Source of the DNA: a virus
Strand: one strand, 5' to 3'
Length of the DNA: 64,000 nucleotides
IMG/VR virus record: IMGVR_UViG_3300027861_000011
Coordinates: 1 to 64,000 of that record
The position numbers and the translations under genes were made by a program. Each line of letters starts with the position of its first letter. The first letter of the stretch is position 1. Shown piece after piece: positions 18,462-27,900 of this stretch. The notes beneath the pieces are model-generated. The model ran no database searches. It worked only from the letters and a program-made list of their open reading frames with translations, and had not been told where the DNA came from.

Positions 18462-19511
18462 TTATTTATTAAATCTTTCATATGCGTTGTTACTAATCTT
18501 AATAAACTCTACTTTATTAACAAACTCTTCTAGATTTATAGAGTTGGAGTAGCTCATTGCTGAACGCAAGTAAGATTCAAAGTTTTCAACCCACCCTTCG
18601 ATAGTATATTCTACTTTCCTAAATCTTACAATACCTTCAGATGTTTTAAGTATTGTATTACCCCATTTCTTTTGAACTTCTTTAGTACTCATACCCCTGA
18701 ACTTCTTGTATACATTCATACCGATTTTATAGGCTTTTTCAGCACCCCCCTGGGTTATTGGCATACTTTTAAGAACATAGTTACTACCACAAGACTCAAG
18801 ACATTTATTTAATATACTACCAAGCATAACATAATCAGCACCTAAAGCCAAAGCCTTAATTATATCCGAAAAACTTTGCATGCCACCATCAGCTACAATT
18901 TTAGCTGGTTCATCTATTATACATGATGCGTAATAACATTCCCTAATCAAAGAGGCCATTGGGAAACCTACACCCGTTTGTTGGGTTGTTAGGCAACCTC
19001 CACCATTACCAATTCCAACTCTAATATAATCAGCACCAGCATCTGATAACACCTTATATGTTTCAGAATTAGCCACATTACCAACCATTAAAATCATCGT
19101 ATCACCCCATAATGATTTAGCTATTTTAATGATATCAACCATTTCTTTTAAATGACCATTGGCTGTATCGATTAATACAAATAATTTATCTTCAAGAACT
19201 ATATCAAAGTCAACATTATTTATGAATTTTTTTTTAAATTCATTTAGTGAGTATGATGCGAAAATAGAATTACTTACCCCACCTTCACCTCTAGGTAAAC
19301 ATATATTTATTCCTTGTTCTTTAAATAATTCATAATTGTGCCTATTCACAACTGTATCCATTGGAGCTGTAAATAATGGTAACCTACCATTACTATCAAG
19401 TATGTCTATTTTGGACCTAGAATTTATATCACCAGACATACTTGGTTTTATTAAAATATCATTAAAATCTAATTTAATGTCACTATGTGCTACACAATCT
19501 TTCATCATCAT
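18462..19511 (-). CDS. IMPDH/GMP-reductase family oxidoreductase (no CBS domains; GuaC-like N-terminus)
   Basis: 'KLDFNDILIKP', 'APMDTV', 'IDTANGH', 'VGNVA', catalytic loop 'VGIGNGGGCLTT', 'ADGG', 'GADYVMLG', 'FRGMST', 'SEG', 'LRSAMSY'. Confidence 0.9.
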   Translation of the reverse strand: MMMKDCVAHSDIKLDFNDILIKPSMSGDINSRSKIDILDSNGRLPLFTAPMDTVVNRHNYELFKEQGINICLPRGEGGVSNSIFASYSLNEFKKKFINNVDFDIVLEDKLFVLIDTANGHLKEMVDIIKIAKSLWGDTMILMVGNVANSETYKVLSDAGADYIRVGIGNGGGCLTTQQTGVGFPMASLIRECYYASCIIDEPAKIVADGGMQSFSDIIKALALGADYVMLGSILNKCLESCGSNYVLKSMPITQGGAEKAYKIGMNVYKKFRGMSTKEVQKKWGNTILKTSEGIVRFRKVEYTIEGWVENFESYLRSAMSYSNSINLEEFVNKVEFIKISNNAYERFNK

Positions 19512-20098
19512 TTTATACCAGTACTACCAAGTCCACCTTCATTTCTTTCCGTATTATCATTTAATTCAAATACCTTATTAAATTTAATCATTTTCTTTGA
19601 TGTAACATTAGCTATAACTGCTTGAGCTATTCTATCCCCAATCTCTATATTAAAATTAGTAGTACCTTGATTAATAAGTATTATCATTATTTCACCTCTA
19701 TAATCAGAATCGATTGTGCCAGGTGAATTTAATACGGTAATACCATACTTTGCAGCTAAACCACTTCTGGGTCTAATCTGCATTTCTAAATTAGAATGTA
19801 ACTCAAAATAAAGTCCTGTTCTAATTGTATTAAATTCACCTGGACCTAATGTAATATCCTCATTAGCTCTTAAATCAAAACCAGCCGAACCATCAGTGGC
19901 ATACTCTGGGTCTTGGTTATTAGATTTATTAACAAAATTAACTGGAAATTTAAACATGTCTAAATTACTATCATTATTATTATCGGCTGTGTGACTTACA
20001 TTACTATATTTACTATGAAATTCTTCCATTGTATAAGAATTTGATTTATCCATTGCTGATAATAATTTATTTTTTATTTCTTCAATACTATATTCCAT
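19508..20098 (-). CDS. dut: Trimeric dUTPase with N-terminal extension
   Basis: Five motifs: 'AGFDL', 'RSGLA', 'GTIDSDYRGE', 'RIAQ', 'RNEGGLGSTG'. Confidence 0.95.
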   Translation of the reverse strand: MEYSIEEIKNKLLSAMDKSNSYTMEEFHSKYSNVSHTADNNNDSNLDMFKFPVNFVNKSNNQDPEYATDGSAGFDLRANEDITLGPGEFNTIRTGLYFELHSNLEMQIRPRSGLAAKYGITVLNSPGTIDSDYRGEIMIILINQGTTNFNIEIGDRIAQAVIANVTSKKMIKFNKVFELNDNTERNEGGLGSTGIK

Positions 20099-20101
20099 AA
20101 C

Positions 20102-20656
20102 TTATTTTTCTTCAACCATCGCAATCATATTCGCAATTCTTAATAAGGCACCTAATTTCTCACCCTTACTAGTCATTGGTCTTTGTGCGAATTCACTATT
20201 ATAATTATATATTGCAAATACTTCATCTTCAGTTAAGTCAACCCCAGACTTTAGTGCGTAATATACTGAACGTTCAGAAACACTCATACTTAAAGCAGTG
20301 TTATTCCAAGTATAATTCTCACCTAAATTGTTTTTTCTCCAGTCATTAGTTTGTTCGATAAACATATTACATTTACCTATTTGGTGAAGTAACGACACTC
20401 TAATGATTGAGGCATTATCAACTTGCTTTGCTTCAGGCAAACTAGCGTTAACTGAAATAGCATGTTTAGTGGTATTGATTATGTGTTCAATTAATCCACC
20501 TTCATAGGCACCATATAACTCTTTTTTAGAAGTACATGGGGCACCTATGAAACCATCACCTAATAACTTAAGTAATTCATCATTAATAACACCGTGTTTA
20601 ATACCAGTCTCGTTAAATTTAGTTGCGTTATTTAAAACTTTTTCTTTTGTAAGCAT
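20102..20656 (-). CDS. HD-domain-like protein with degenerate HD motif
   Basis: 'AYEGGLIEH' first His; 'LLHQIGK' where LLHDLGK is expected; 'IANMIA' where AD is expected. Confidence 0.65.
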   Translation of the reverse strand: MLTKEKVLNNATKFNETGIKHGVINDELLKLLGDGFIGAPCTSKKELYGAYEGGLIEHIINTTKHAISVNASLPEAKQVDNASIIRVSLLHQIGKCNMFIEQTNDWRKNNLGENYTWNNTALSMSVSERSVYYALKSGVDLTEDEVFAIYNYNSEFAQRPMTSKGEKLGALLRIANMIAMVEEK

Positions 20657-20677
20657 AATAATATTTATTTGGTTAAT

Positions 20678-21067
20678 TTATTTTTTAAAAATATCACTTA
20701 TTTTAACATATTCTGTTAATGGTCCAACTTTTACTTCAGAAATCTTTCCAGTGTCATCAAGTGTCACACCAGTTCTTTCCTCAAATGTCTTACCTAATTC
20801 ATCAGTATTTAGTTGTTTCGTTAGGACACTACCAAAATTTTTGTTAATATTTGTGGTTTTTTTAACTTTATTAGCTGCTGCATTAACTTCGTCCATTTCG
20901 TCCATCTTTTTCATTATACTGTAAGCTCGTTTAAATACGACATCATCTTCAGTCATAGTAACTTCTTCTATTTCTTTTGAGTTAATAGTAGTCTCTTCTT
21001 CACTTAAATAGTCAGCAATAAAATCAAAGACTATTTTTAATTTTTTAGTATTTTTCATTATCATCAA
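20678..21067 (-). CDS. Hypothetical phage protein
   Basis: 129-aa ORF in operon; no motif recognised. Confidence 0.65.
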   Translation of the reverse strand: MMIMKNTKKLKIVFDFIADYLSEEETTINSKEIEEVTMTEDDVVFKRAYSIMKKMDEMDEVNAAANKVKKTTNINKNFGSVLTKQLNTDELGKTFEERTGVTLDDTGKISEVKVGPLTEYVKISDIFKK

Positions 21068-21078
21068 ATTTACGCTTT

Positions 21079-22365
21079 TTATTTAATAGTTTCAAGTTCA
21101 ATTGGAATTATTTTCATATCTTTAACTAATTTATGATATAAATCACGTCTACTAGATGTTACAGCATCAATACTGTAAGTATCTTTAACGGTGTTGTGAA
21201 GTTTTTCACTCATCTCAACCACAAGTTCTGGATTTAGAATCAACTTTTTAATATTCTTATACCAATCTTTATGGTTTTTATTAGTCTTAATAAGTAACGC
21301 ATTACCTAATTCATTCTTAATTGGACCTTCGTTTTTACCGCCCTTATCAAACATATTTTTTAAATCTATTTGGTAAGGTCCGTAATCTTGGGCAATAATG
21401 GCTTTTTTGTGAAATCCAGCTTCAATAACCTTTAACTGAGATTTAACCTTATTAAATAAATGCTCTTCAATTGGGGCTAGTGATACATCAAAAAGGTTAT
21501 AATTACTTGCATATGTACTAATTGGTTTAGTCCATACTCTTCTATATGGTTCATTTTCTACGCCTTCAAATTCTTTCTTGTTAAATGTAAGTAAATGATT
21601 CTTATATTCTTCACTAACTGTTGTATAGTCATTTGTAAAGATTTGTTCGTATTTATACCAAACACTTTCTTTAGGTCGTATTGGCCTTTGACTTTGTTTA
21701 CCAGAGGCTTCGTCAATCATTGTAATAACACCTCTAAGGTCAAACCCGCAAACAACAAATTGAACCTTATCTATAAGGCCATCATTTTTAAGTCTACCTA
21801 CAATACCTTTAAGAATCTCCAAATCTTTTAAATGAGATGAACCTCCTAACCATCCAATTCTAAGTCTTTCAGACGGTTCTGGGTTAGGGATATATTGTTT
21901 TTCATTTGGGTCTATTGCATTAGGTAAAATATGAACATTATTAATATCATTAAACTTACCAATCTCTTCAGCAAATATTGTGGTGGTAGTGGTAATATTT
22001 CTAGCAAGTTTAATATTATTATGAATCATCTTATCCATACCAGAATTCTTAATCATAAGATGGGCTGGGTGATGGTGTCCTGGAGCCCAGTGGTCATCAA
22101 TATCCATAATAGTTGTTATTCCTAATTTTTCTATTCTATTAAGAGTTTCTTCTACTTTATCGTATGGTCCAAGTGTTCTGTGATAATGAATTAAATCGTA
22201 TTGTTTAAGCCAATTATCATCATTTAATTTTGGTTCGTAATCAATATCAATATGAAATTCATCTGGGAAATTCTTCTCTAGTGTAATGTGTGGTTTGGTA
22301 GAACGAAAATAACCAACACCTGTACGGTCACTAGGTACCACAAGTACTTTAATTTTTTTACTCAT
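21079..22365 (-). CDS. Glycosyltransferase, GT-B fold (GT4-like)
   Basis: 'GVGYFRSTKPH', 'MDIDDHW', 'LPNAID', 'RIGWLGGSSHLKDL', 'FNKVKSQLKVIEAG'. Confidence 0.85.
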   Translation of the reverse strand: MSKKIKVLVVPSDRTGVGYFRSTKPHITLEKNFPDEFHIDIDYEPKLNDDNWLKQYDLIHYHRTLGPYDKVEETLNRIEKLGITTIMDIDDHWAPGHHHPAHLMIKNSGMDKMIHNNIKLARNITTTTTIFAEEIGKFNDINNVHILPNAIDPNEKQYIPNPEPSERLRIGWLGGSSHLKDLEILKGIVGRLKNDGLIDKVQFVVCGFDLRGVITMIDEASGKQSQRPIRPKESVWYKYEQIFTNDYTTVSEEYKNHLLTFNKKEFEGVENEPYRRVWTKPISTYASNYNLFDVSLAPIEEHLFNKVKSQLKVIEAGFHKKAIIAQDYGPYQIDLKNMFDKGGKNEGPIKNELGNALLIKTNKNHKDWYKNIKKLILNPELVVEMSEKLHNTVKDTYSIDAVTSSRRDLYHKLVKDMKIIPIELETIK

Positions 22366-22398
22366 TTTCTTTTTAATTAATTTTATTATTTATACTCA

Positions 22399-22427
22399 AG
22401 TATAATGAATATATTAATTAATGTAAA
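22399..22427 (-). promoter_or_regulatory. Putative sigma70-like promoter TTTACA-N17-TATACT
   Basis: Close-to-consensus hexamers with 17-nt spacer upstream of 22365; could drive the glycan/nucleotide operon. Confidence 0.55.
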
Positions 22428-22431
22428 TAAT

Positions 22432-22464
22432 AAAGGCCCATGAAATAAATTATGAGCCTTTTTA
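22432..22464 (-). terminator. Putative intrinsic terminator
   Basis: Minus strand AAAGGCTCAT-N10-ATGGGCCTTT stem (one G-U pair) downstream of 22484. Confidence 0.5.
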
Positions 22465-22483
22465 TCTGAAAATAAATTATTAA

Positions 22484-23077
22484 TTATTTTTTTGTTTTGA
22501 TTTTACCTTCCTTTATTAGTGTGTTTATTGTTTTTTTAATTACACCTTCAGTAAGATTTTTAGAGTAATCAGCAGAAAGGTATTCAATAAGAACATCTTT
22601 GATTATTCCTCTTAATGATGACTCACTAACTGTGAATGTGTCATTATTGTTTTGTACCATTGATTCATTCATACCTTTCCTAGATTGTGTTCTAGGTGTA
22701 GATGGAAGTGGTAGTGGTTTATTGTCAATTAAATCAGAAACATCATCTATATTAAATGTGTGATTCATTGTTGGTTGAGATATTGGGTTTTCCATCATTG
22801 CTTTCTTAATAGCCTCTGGCATATTAGAGTTAGCGATTGCCGCTTGATTAATATTCCCCATTTGTCTAGCTGGGTCCCCTAATGTTTGATGTTGTCCTTG
22901 GTTTTGTGTTGGTGTTGAACCTTGGTCAACATAACCACTTGTATCTTGTCGTAACGCTGAAGCATCTACATTACCTGTTTCAAAATCATTATTATTGACC
23001 TTATTCATTATAGCTTTTGCGTTACCTAAGATTCCTTTTAGTTTACTTAAATCCGCTGCTGGTGGAATTGCATTCAT
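22484..23077 (-). CDS. Hypothetical protein, candidate internal head/scaffold-type protein
   Basis: Low-complexity Gln/Asn/Pro middle; several (I/L)xE sites (LTE-G, IKE-G). Confidence 0.6.
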   Translation of the reverse strand: MNAIPPAADLSKLKGILGNAKAIMNKVNNNDFETGNVDASALRQDTSGYVDQGSTPTQNQGQHQTLGDPARQMGNINQAAIANSNMPEAIKKAMMENPISQPTMNHTFNIDDVSDLIDNKPLPLPSTPRTQSRKGMNESMVQNNNDTFTVSESSLRGIIKDVLIEYLSADYSKNLTEGVIKKTINTLIKEGKIKTKK

Positions 23078-23106
23078 ATTTTTTTATTTATTTATTCTTT
23101 TTATTT

Positions 23107-23544
23107 TTAAAATTTAATGTAATGTGTTAACATATCATTTTTGAAACTTCTATCTCTAGGACCAACGTAGTCTGGAATACCTCCACCACCACTAACATCA
23201 CTAGGTTCCATGTAGAATTTAAAATCTTTAACCTCTACTATCTTAGTTATATTATTAACTAATAATGTTTTCCAGCTTGAATTAACGGTTTGAGTATCAC
23301 CAAAAGCTTGGAATACTCTAATAGCGTCATTACCATTCCCATCCTTACTTTTTAAAATACCTCTACCATATATCATTATTTGTCTGGTAGACTTCTCTTC
23401 ACCACTCTTCTTACTACGATATATAATTTCAACTGGATTCCAGTATTTTCTACCATTATCCGCAACGTGTCCAGTAATAATATCATTAATATCATTACCA
23501 ATACTTTCTAATATAAGTTGTTCATATAGATTGTAAAGCTTCAT
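23107..23544 (-). CDS. WYL-like domain protein with MKL..EQLILE leader
   Basis: 'VEIIY...STRQIMIYGRG...AIRVFQ...SWKTLLVNNITKI' fits the WYL pattern (V.I.Y..R.I.P..G..L.A...W..F..DRI). Confidence 0.55.
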   Translation of the reverse strand: MKLYNLYEQLILESIGNDINDIITGHVADNGRKYWNPVEIIYRSKKSGEEKSTRQIMIYGRGILKSKDGNGNDAIRVFQAFGDTQTVNSSWKTLLVNNITKIVEVKDFKFYMEPSDVSGGGGIPDYVGPRDRSFKNDMLTHYIKF

Positions 23545-23558
23545 TAATTATTTTATTT

Positions 23559-23894
23559 TTAGCTGAAAGAAAATTGTCCAACGTTACCAGAAGTATCTGG
23601 GTGCTCGTAATAGGCATCTGGAGTATAACCCCAAGTACTACCATTATTAGCAAAAGCTGCTAATCTACCAGAACCACCATAAGTTGGGTTACCGTTGATA
23701 TCTAAATCTCCACCACCATTGTAAGTATCTAAAAATATGCCAGTACCTTTACCCTTAACTGGGGTTGTTTGGTCTGATATAGCTTTAGTATGTGTTGCGC
23801 TATAGTTGTTATCATCACTTGCGTTATCAAATGCGTTAATAGCTAATAGTGCGTTTCTTGTTGCAATTGCTGCTTCTTCTAATTTATTACTCAT
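23559..23894 (-). CDS. Hypothetical protein (Gly/Asn-rich, likely virion)
   Basis: 111-aa ORF, coupled in late-motif operon. Confidence 0.65.
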   Translation of the reverse strand: MSNKLEEAAIATRNALLAINAFDNASDDNNYSATHTKAISDQTTPVKGKGTGIFLDTYNGGGDLDINGNPTYGGSGRLAAFANNGSTWGYTPDAYYEHPDTSGNVGQFSFS

Positions 23895-23896
23895 AA

Positions 23897-24343
23897 TTAT
23901 TTTATTATTTTATTATTGTTATTCATGTACTCTATTAAATATCTCATAGAATCAATTTCTGCGTCAATTGATTCAAAAACTTGGATGCCAATTCGCTTAT
24001 TTTTTTTGTTAAGATTAGTTGTTTTACCTTTATTTGGTTCTATCTCAGTACCTGTATTATGAATACTATCGAACCCATTTTTATTGTGGGGTTTTAGGAA
24101 TGAATTATTCTTTCCAGCATCCATTTGGGTCTTTTTACGACTATGTATTACTTTTTGCTTACTATTCTTAACATCCTCAAGATTACTTAAGATAATTTCT
24201 TCTTCATCAGATAACCCTTCGTTATCTTTCTTTTGTGAAAGTCTAGTGACTCTAGTGGCTACAGCGTTACCCTTAACGGTTTCACCATCAATCTTTAAAT
24301 TAGACTTATCGAACTCATCACTATTTTCTTCTAAGTTATTCAT
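23897..24343 (-). CDS. Hypothetical protein (charged, candidate internal head protein)
   Basis: 148-aa Lys/Asn-rich ORF abutting neighbours. Confidence 0.6.
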   Translation of the reverse strand: MNNLEENSDEFDKSNLKIDGETVKGNAVATRVTRLSQKKDNEGLSDEEEIILSNLEDVKNSKQKVIHSRKKTQMDAGKNNSFLKPHNKNGFDSIHNTGTEIEPNKGKTTNLNKKNKRIGIQVFESIDAEIDSMRYLIEYMNNNNKIIK

Positions 24344-24928
24344 TTATATGCCAATATTAATTTTTAAATGATTTAATACTATTTCAGCATCGTCATTTTC
24401 TGCATTTGATAATACTTTTAAAAATTCCTCTGTTTTAAGTATAAGGTTTATATCATTAACTTCTCCTAAGTCTGGTTGGTTATTAGAATTAGTGTCATTA
24501 TATTGGTCTGAAGTTACGATATCATTTTCCTTAGTTCTTTGTTTAAGTAACTCTTGAACCATAGCTTTCATTTTATTTCTTGATTCTTCATCTATTGCTT
24601 CTATACTCTCGTTGTTAACACCAAATCTAACACCCATATTACCACCTCTAGCCATATCTGCACCTTTATTCATTACGTTAGTTGCTTTCTTATTTGTTGT
24701 AATAGGGATATCAATTGTAAAATAAGAACTAGTATCATTAGGTAATTCTTGTGTATCAGTATAAACTTGATTATGAGTAATTGGTGTATTACCAGGTCTT
24801 AAACCATAATCAGACTCATCAACATCTTCTTCGGAAACATCCTTTGGTTTAGAATTAGCCTTGTTAACCTTTGAGGTAGCCTTCTTACTATTATATTTTT
24901 TCTTAAAGTCTTTTTTAGTAAATTTCAT
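24344..24928 (-). CDS. Hypothetical protein (candidate internal head protein)
   Basis: 194-aa ORF after the ATATTTATA motif; 'NNE-S', 'IDE-E' sites. Confidence 0.6.
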   Translation of the reverse strand: MKFTKKDFKKKYNSKKATSKVNKANSKPKDVSEEDVDESDYGLRPGNTPITHNQVYTDTQELPNDTSSYFTIDIPITTNKKATNVMNKGADMARGGNMGVRFGVNNESIEAIDEESRNKMKAMVQELLKQRTKENDIVTSDQYNDTNSNNQPDLGEVNDINLILKTEEFLKVLSNAENDDAEIVLNHLKINIGI

Positions 24929-24943
24929 AAATATACTTTTAAT

Positions 24944-24975
24944 TATAAATATAACGAAATATGGTAATATTTATA
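24944..24975. promoter_or_regulatory. Back-to-back late-type motifs (ATATTTATA on each strand) at the strand switch
   Basis: TATAAATAT at 24944-24952 (minus-sense ATATTTATA) and ATATTTATA at 24967-24975 between divergent genes. Confidence 0.55.
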
Positions 24976-24991
24976 TTAAAAGATATTAATT

Positions 24992-27900
24992 ATGGCTTTT
25001 AGAACAAAATTAGATTACTCAGATAATAGACAAATAAATCAAAGGCAAAGAACATTCACTAATTTAGAGGGTGGTAGTGTCTTTGGAGTGGCTTATAGTG
25101 CTATGACTACAGGGGTTGACCCTACTTGTATAGCTTCTACTGAAGAATATGTATTTACTGGTAGTACGTTCTCTGGTAATGGTACAACAACAATGTACAC
25201 TTGGTTCGACCAAAGAATGGAAATAGCTGCATACACACTTTCAGCATTAACATCATCAAATAGTGGTGAAACACAAAATACTGGGAATGTATTCGTTATA
25301 GATACTACAGCAACAACTGTTGATGGTTACACTTATACACTTACCTATACTGGTACTAGTTTTGATGTGTTTGTTGATACGATGTATAGTGGTGCTGGTC
25401 CAGTTTTTACTGGTACTGTATCACATGATTTTGTAGAATTCTTAAGTGCTTGTTCATTAGATTATAGTGGAACTACACTTTGGTTCGATAATCCAGAAAA
25501 AACTAGAACTAAAAGACTTGTCATAACTGAAAACGCTACACCTAATTATGTTTGGACTTGTGTTAATGCTGATGGATTAGGTGGGTGGTTACCTTCTAGT
25601 GGTGGAACAACTGGTTCAACGGATACTTTTGTAACTGGTGGTACATTAAATGGAACGAATTTAGATTTAACTTGGAATACTGGAGGTAGTGTACCTTCTA
25701 TAGACCTTTCTTCTTTATCGGCTGGTGGTGGCGCATTTACCTCAACAACAGCTAATAATAGAATAGTCCCAACTAACACATTATCTAATTCAGTATCTAG
25801 CGACAACTCTTCAATTTTAGGTGGTGATAGTAATACTATAAACACAAATAGTGGAAGGTCAATAATAGTTGGTGGTCGTGGTAATGGTGTTGAAGGGGAG
25901 TATTCATTTATTGGGAATGGTTTGGGTAATTCTATAAGTGGTAGGGGTTTTTGGAATACAGTAATAAATGGTAATAATAATGATTTATCATTAGACCCAT
26001 CCAGTAATTATAATACAGTTGTTGGTAATAGTCATTCTATAACTGGGACTTCATTAGTCGCCAATTCTATATTAGGTGGTCAAAATAATAGTATACACAC
26101 TAGAGGTGGTTCAAACCCAATTAACTCATCTATTATGGGGGGTAGTAATAATACTGTTTATGGTCCCGATAATGTTGTAATAATAGGTGGTGAAGGAAAT
26201 CTAATTGACATTATACCAGATAGAGCTGTCATAGCTGGTGGTGAAAATAATAATATAAGTGGTGAATCTGATGATTCATTTATTGGTGGTGGTGTCGGAA
26301 ATATAATTGATACTAGTGGGTTTAGAAATAGTATCGTTGGGGGTCAAAACAATAGTATAGAAGGTAGTATTTCTAATTCAGTTATTCTTGGTGGTCAAAA
26401 TATCACAGGAACAACTGATGATACGGTTTATGTTCCAAATCTTAATATTGATACGTTAGGGGTCGGTACATCAGTTAATAACTTAGGTATAGATTCAAGT
26501 GGTAATGTTGTAACAGGAACCACTGGCCCATGGACTGCTGGAACTGCAAATAACACCGCAGCATTAATTGGTTACACTGGATTAACTAATAACCCAGATA
26601 CCGCATACTTTGAACATGGTGTTACAGATATGATTAGTGGTAGTACTTTTAGTGGGAATACTATTGATATGAATGATGGTCTTAATAGTCCATTAACATT
26701 ATCACATGATGACCAATTTGGTGGGACTGAGTTTCTAAAATTAGATTCGACAATATTATTACAAAGAAACGTTTCAAATTATTTAAGTGTTGCTAATGGA
26801 GTTGTTTTTCTAAAATCTAGTAACCAAAGTTCTGTACAAGCAGCAAATACTAAATTAGAAGTTAAAACTTCATTTGGGATTTTCACAAGTACTAATAATC
26901 CTGGTGGGGATGCTTCCATACACGCATTTAAAAGTAATGCTAGTTCTGGTTCAGTTGATTCTGGTGGATTACAAAATGGGGAATTAAGTGCTGAAATTGT
27001 ATTTGGTGGTCCTAGAAATGGTGTTTTCGATTATGATGGTGTAATGGGTACTGGATTAGGTGTGGCAGCAACTGGTACCACTGGTAGAGAATTTATGCCT
27101 GTATTTATTTCAGCACCTAGAGCTCAAGCTAGAGATAATACATCTTATAGTTCTATAGTTAATTCAGTCTTTTTAGGTGGTTCAGATAACACAATGCTTA
27201 CTGGTGTTACTGGCTCTGCCATTGTAGGTGGTACTGGCCATACAATTGACACTGGTGTAATTCGTACAGTTGTGTTAGGTGGTATTGATATCAGTGCTAC
27301 CACTAGTGATATGGTTTATGTACCAGACCTTGTTATAGATGGTCTTAATTCAACTGACCCATTGGCTACCGATGCAAATGGTAAGATAATAGCTGGTGCT
27401 TCGGATGCTAGACTTAAAACAAATATTAATAATTTAGAATCAGCATTAGATAAGGTATTAAACCTTAGAGGTGTATCTTATGAATGGACTGAAGAATCTA
27501 ATATGGGTGCTGGTATAACTAAGTATGGTCTTATAGCTCAAGAGGTTCAAAAAGTAATTCCAGATATGGTTAGACTTAGAGCTAAGGCTGATGATACACT
27601 AACACTTAGTTATACTGAAATAGTTCCATGGCTTATTGAAGCTATTAAGGAACTAGCTTCAGATGATAGTCCATTAATTAAAAGAGAAGAGTTAATTTTT
27701 GAAACTCAAACAATTGTTTCGGAAGATAACAATATAGAACTTAATTTTAATGGTAGTCATGATTCAGCACTTAATGGTGGAATGAAAGTGATTAAAGGAA
27801 TTAATGATACTACTGATTCAGAATTTAAGATTAATTCTGATGGTGATTGGGTTACTAATAATTACATAAAACCATTCGGTTTAACACTACCAAGATTCAC

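Noticed and set aside
107-22365. Glycan island as a DNA hypermodification system or as a host O-antigen locus
   Set aside because: No base hydroxymethylase, TET/JBP, kinase or dpdA-type gene in the window to create a DNA handle, and no wzx/wzy/ABC genes; flanks are phage genes. Not excluded, but less supported than virion or surface glycosylation.
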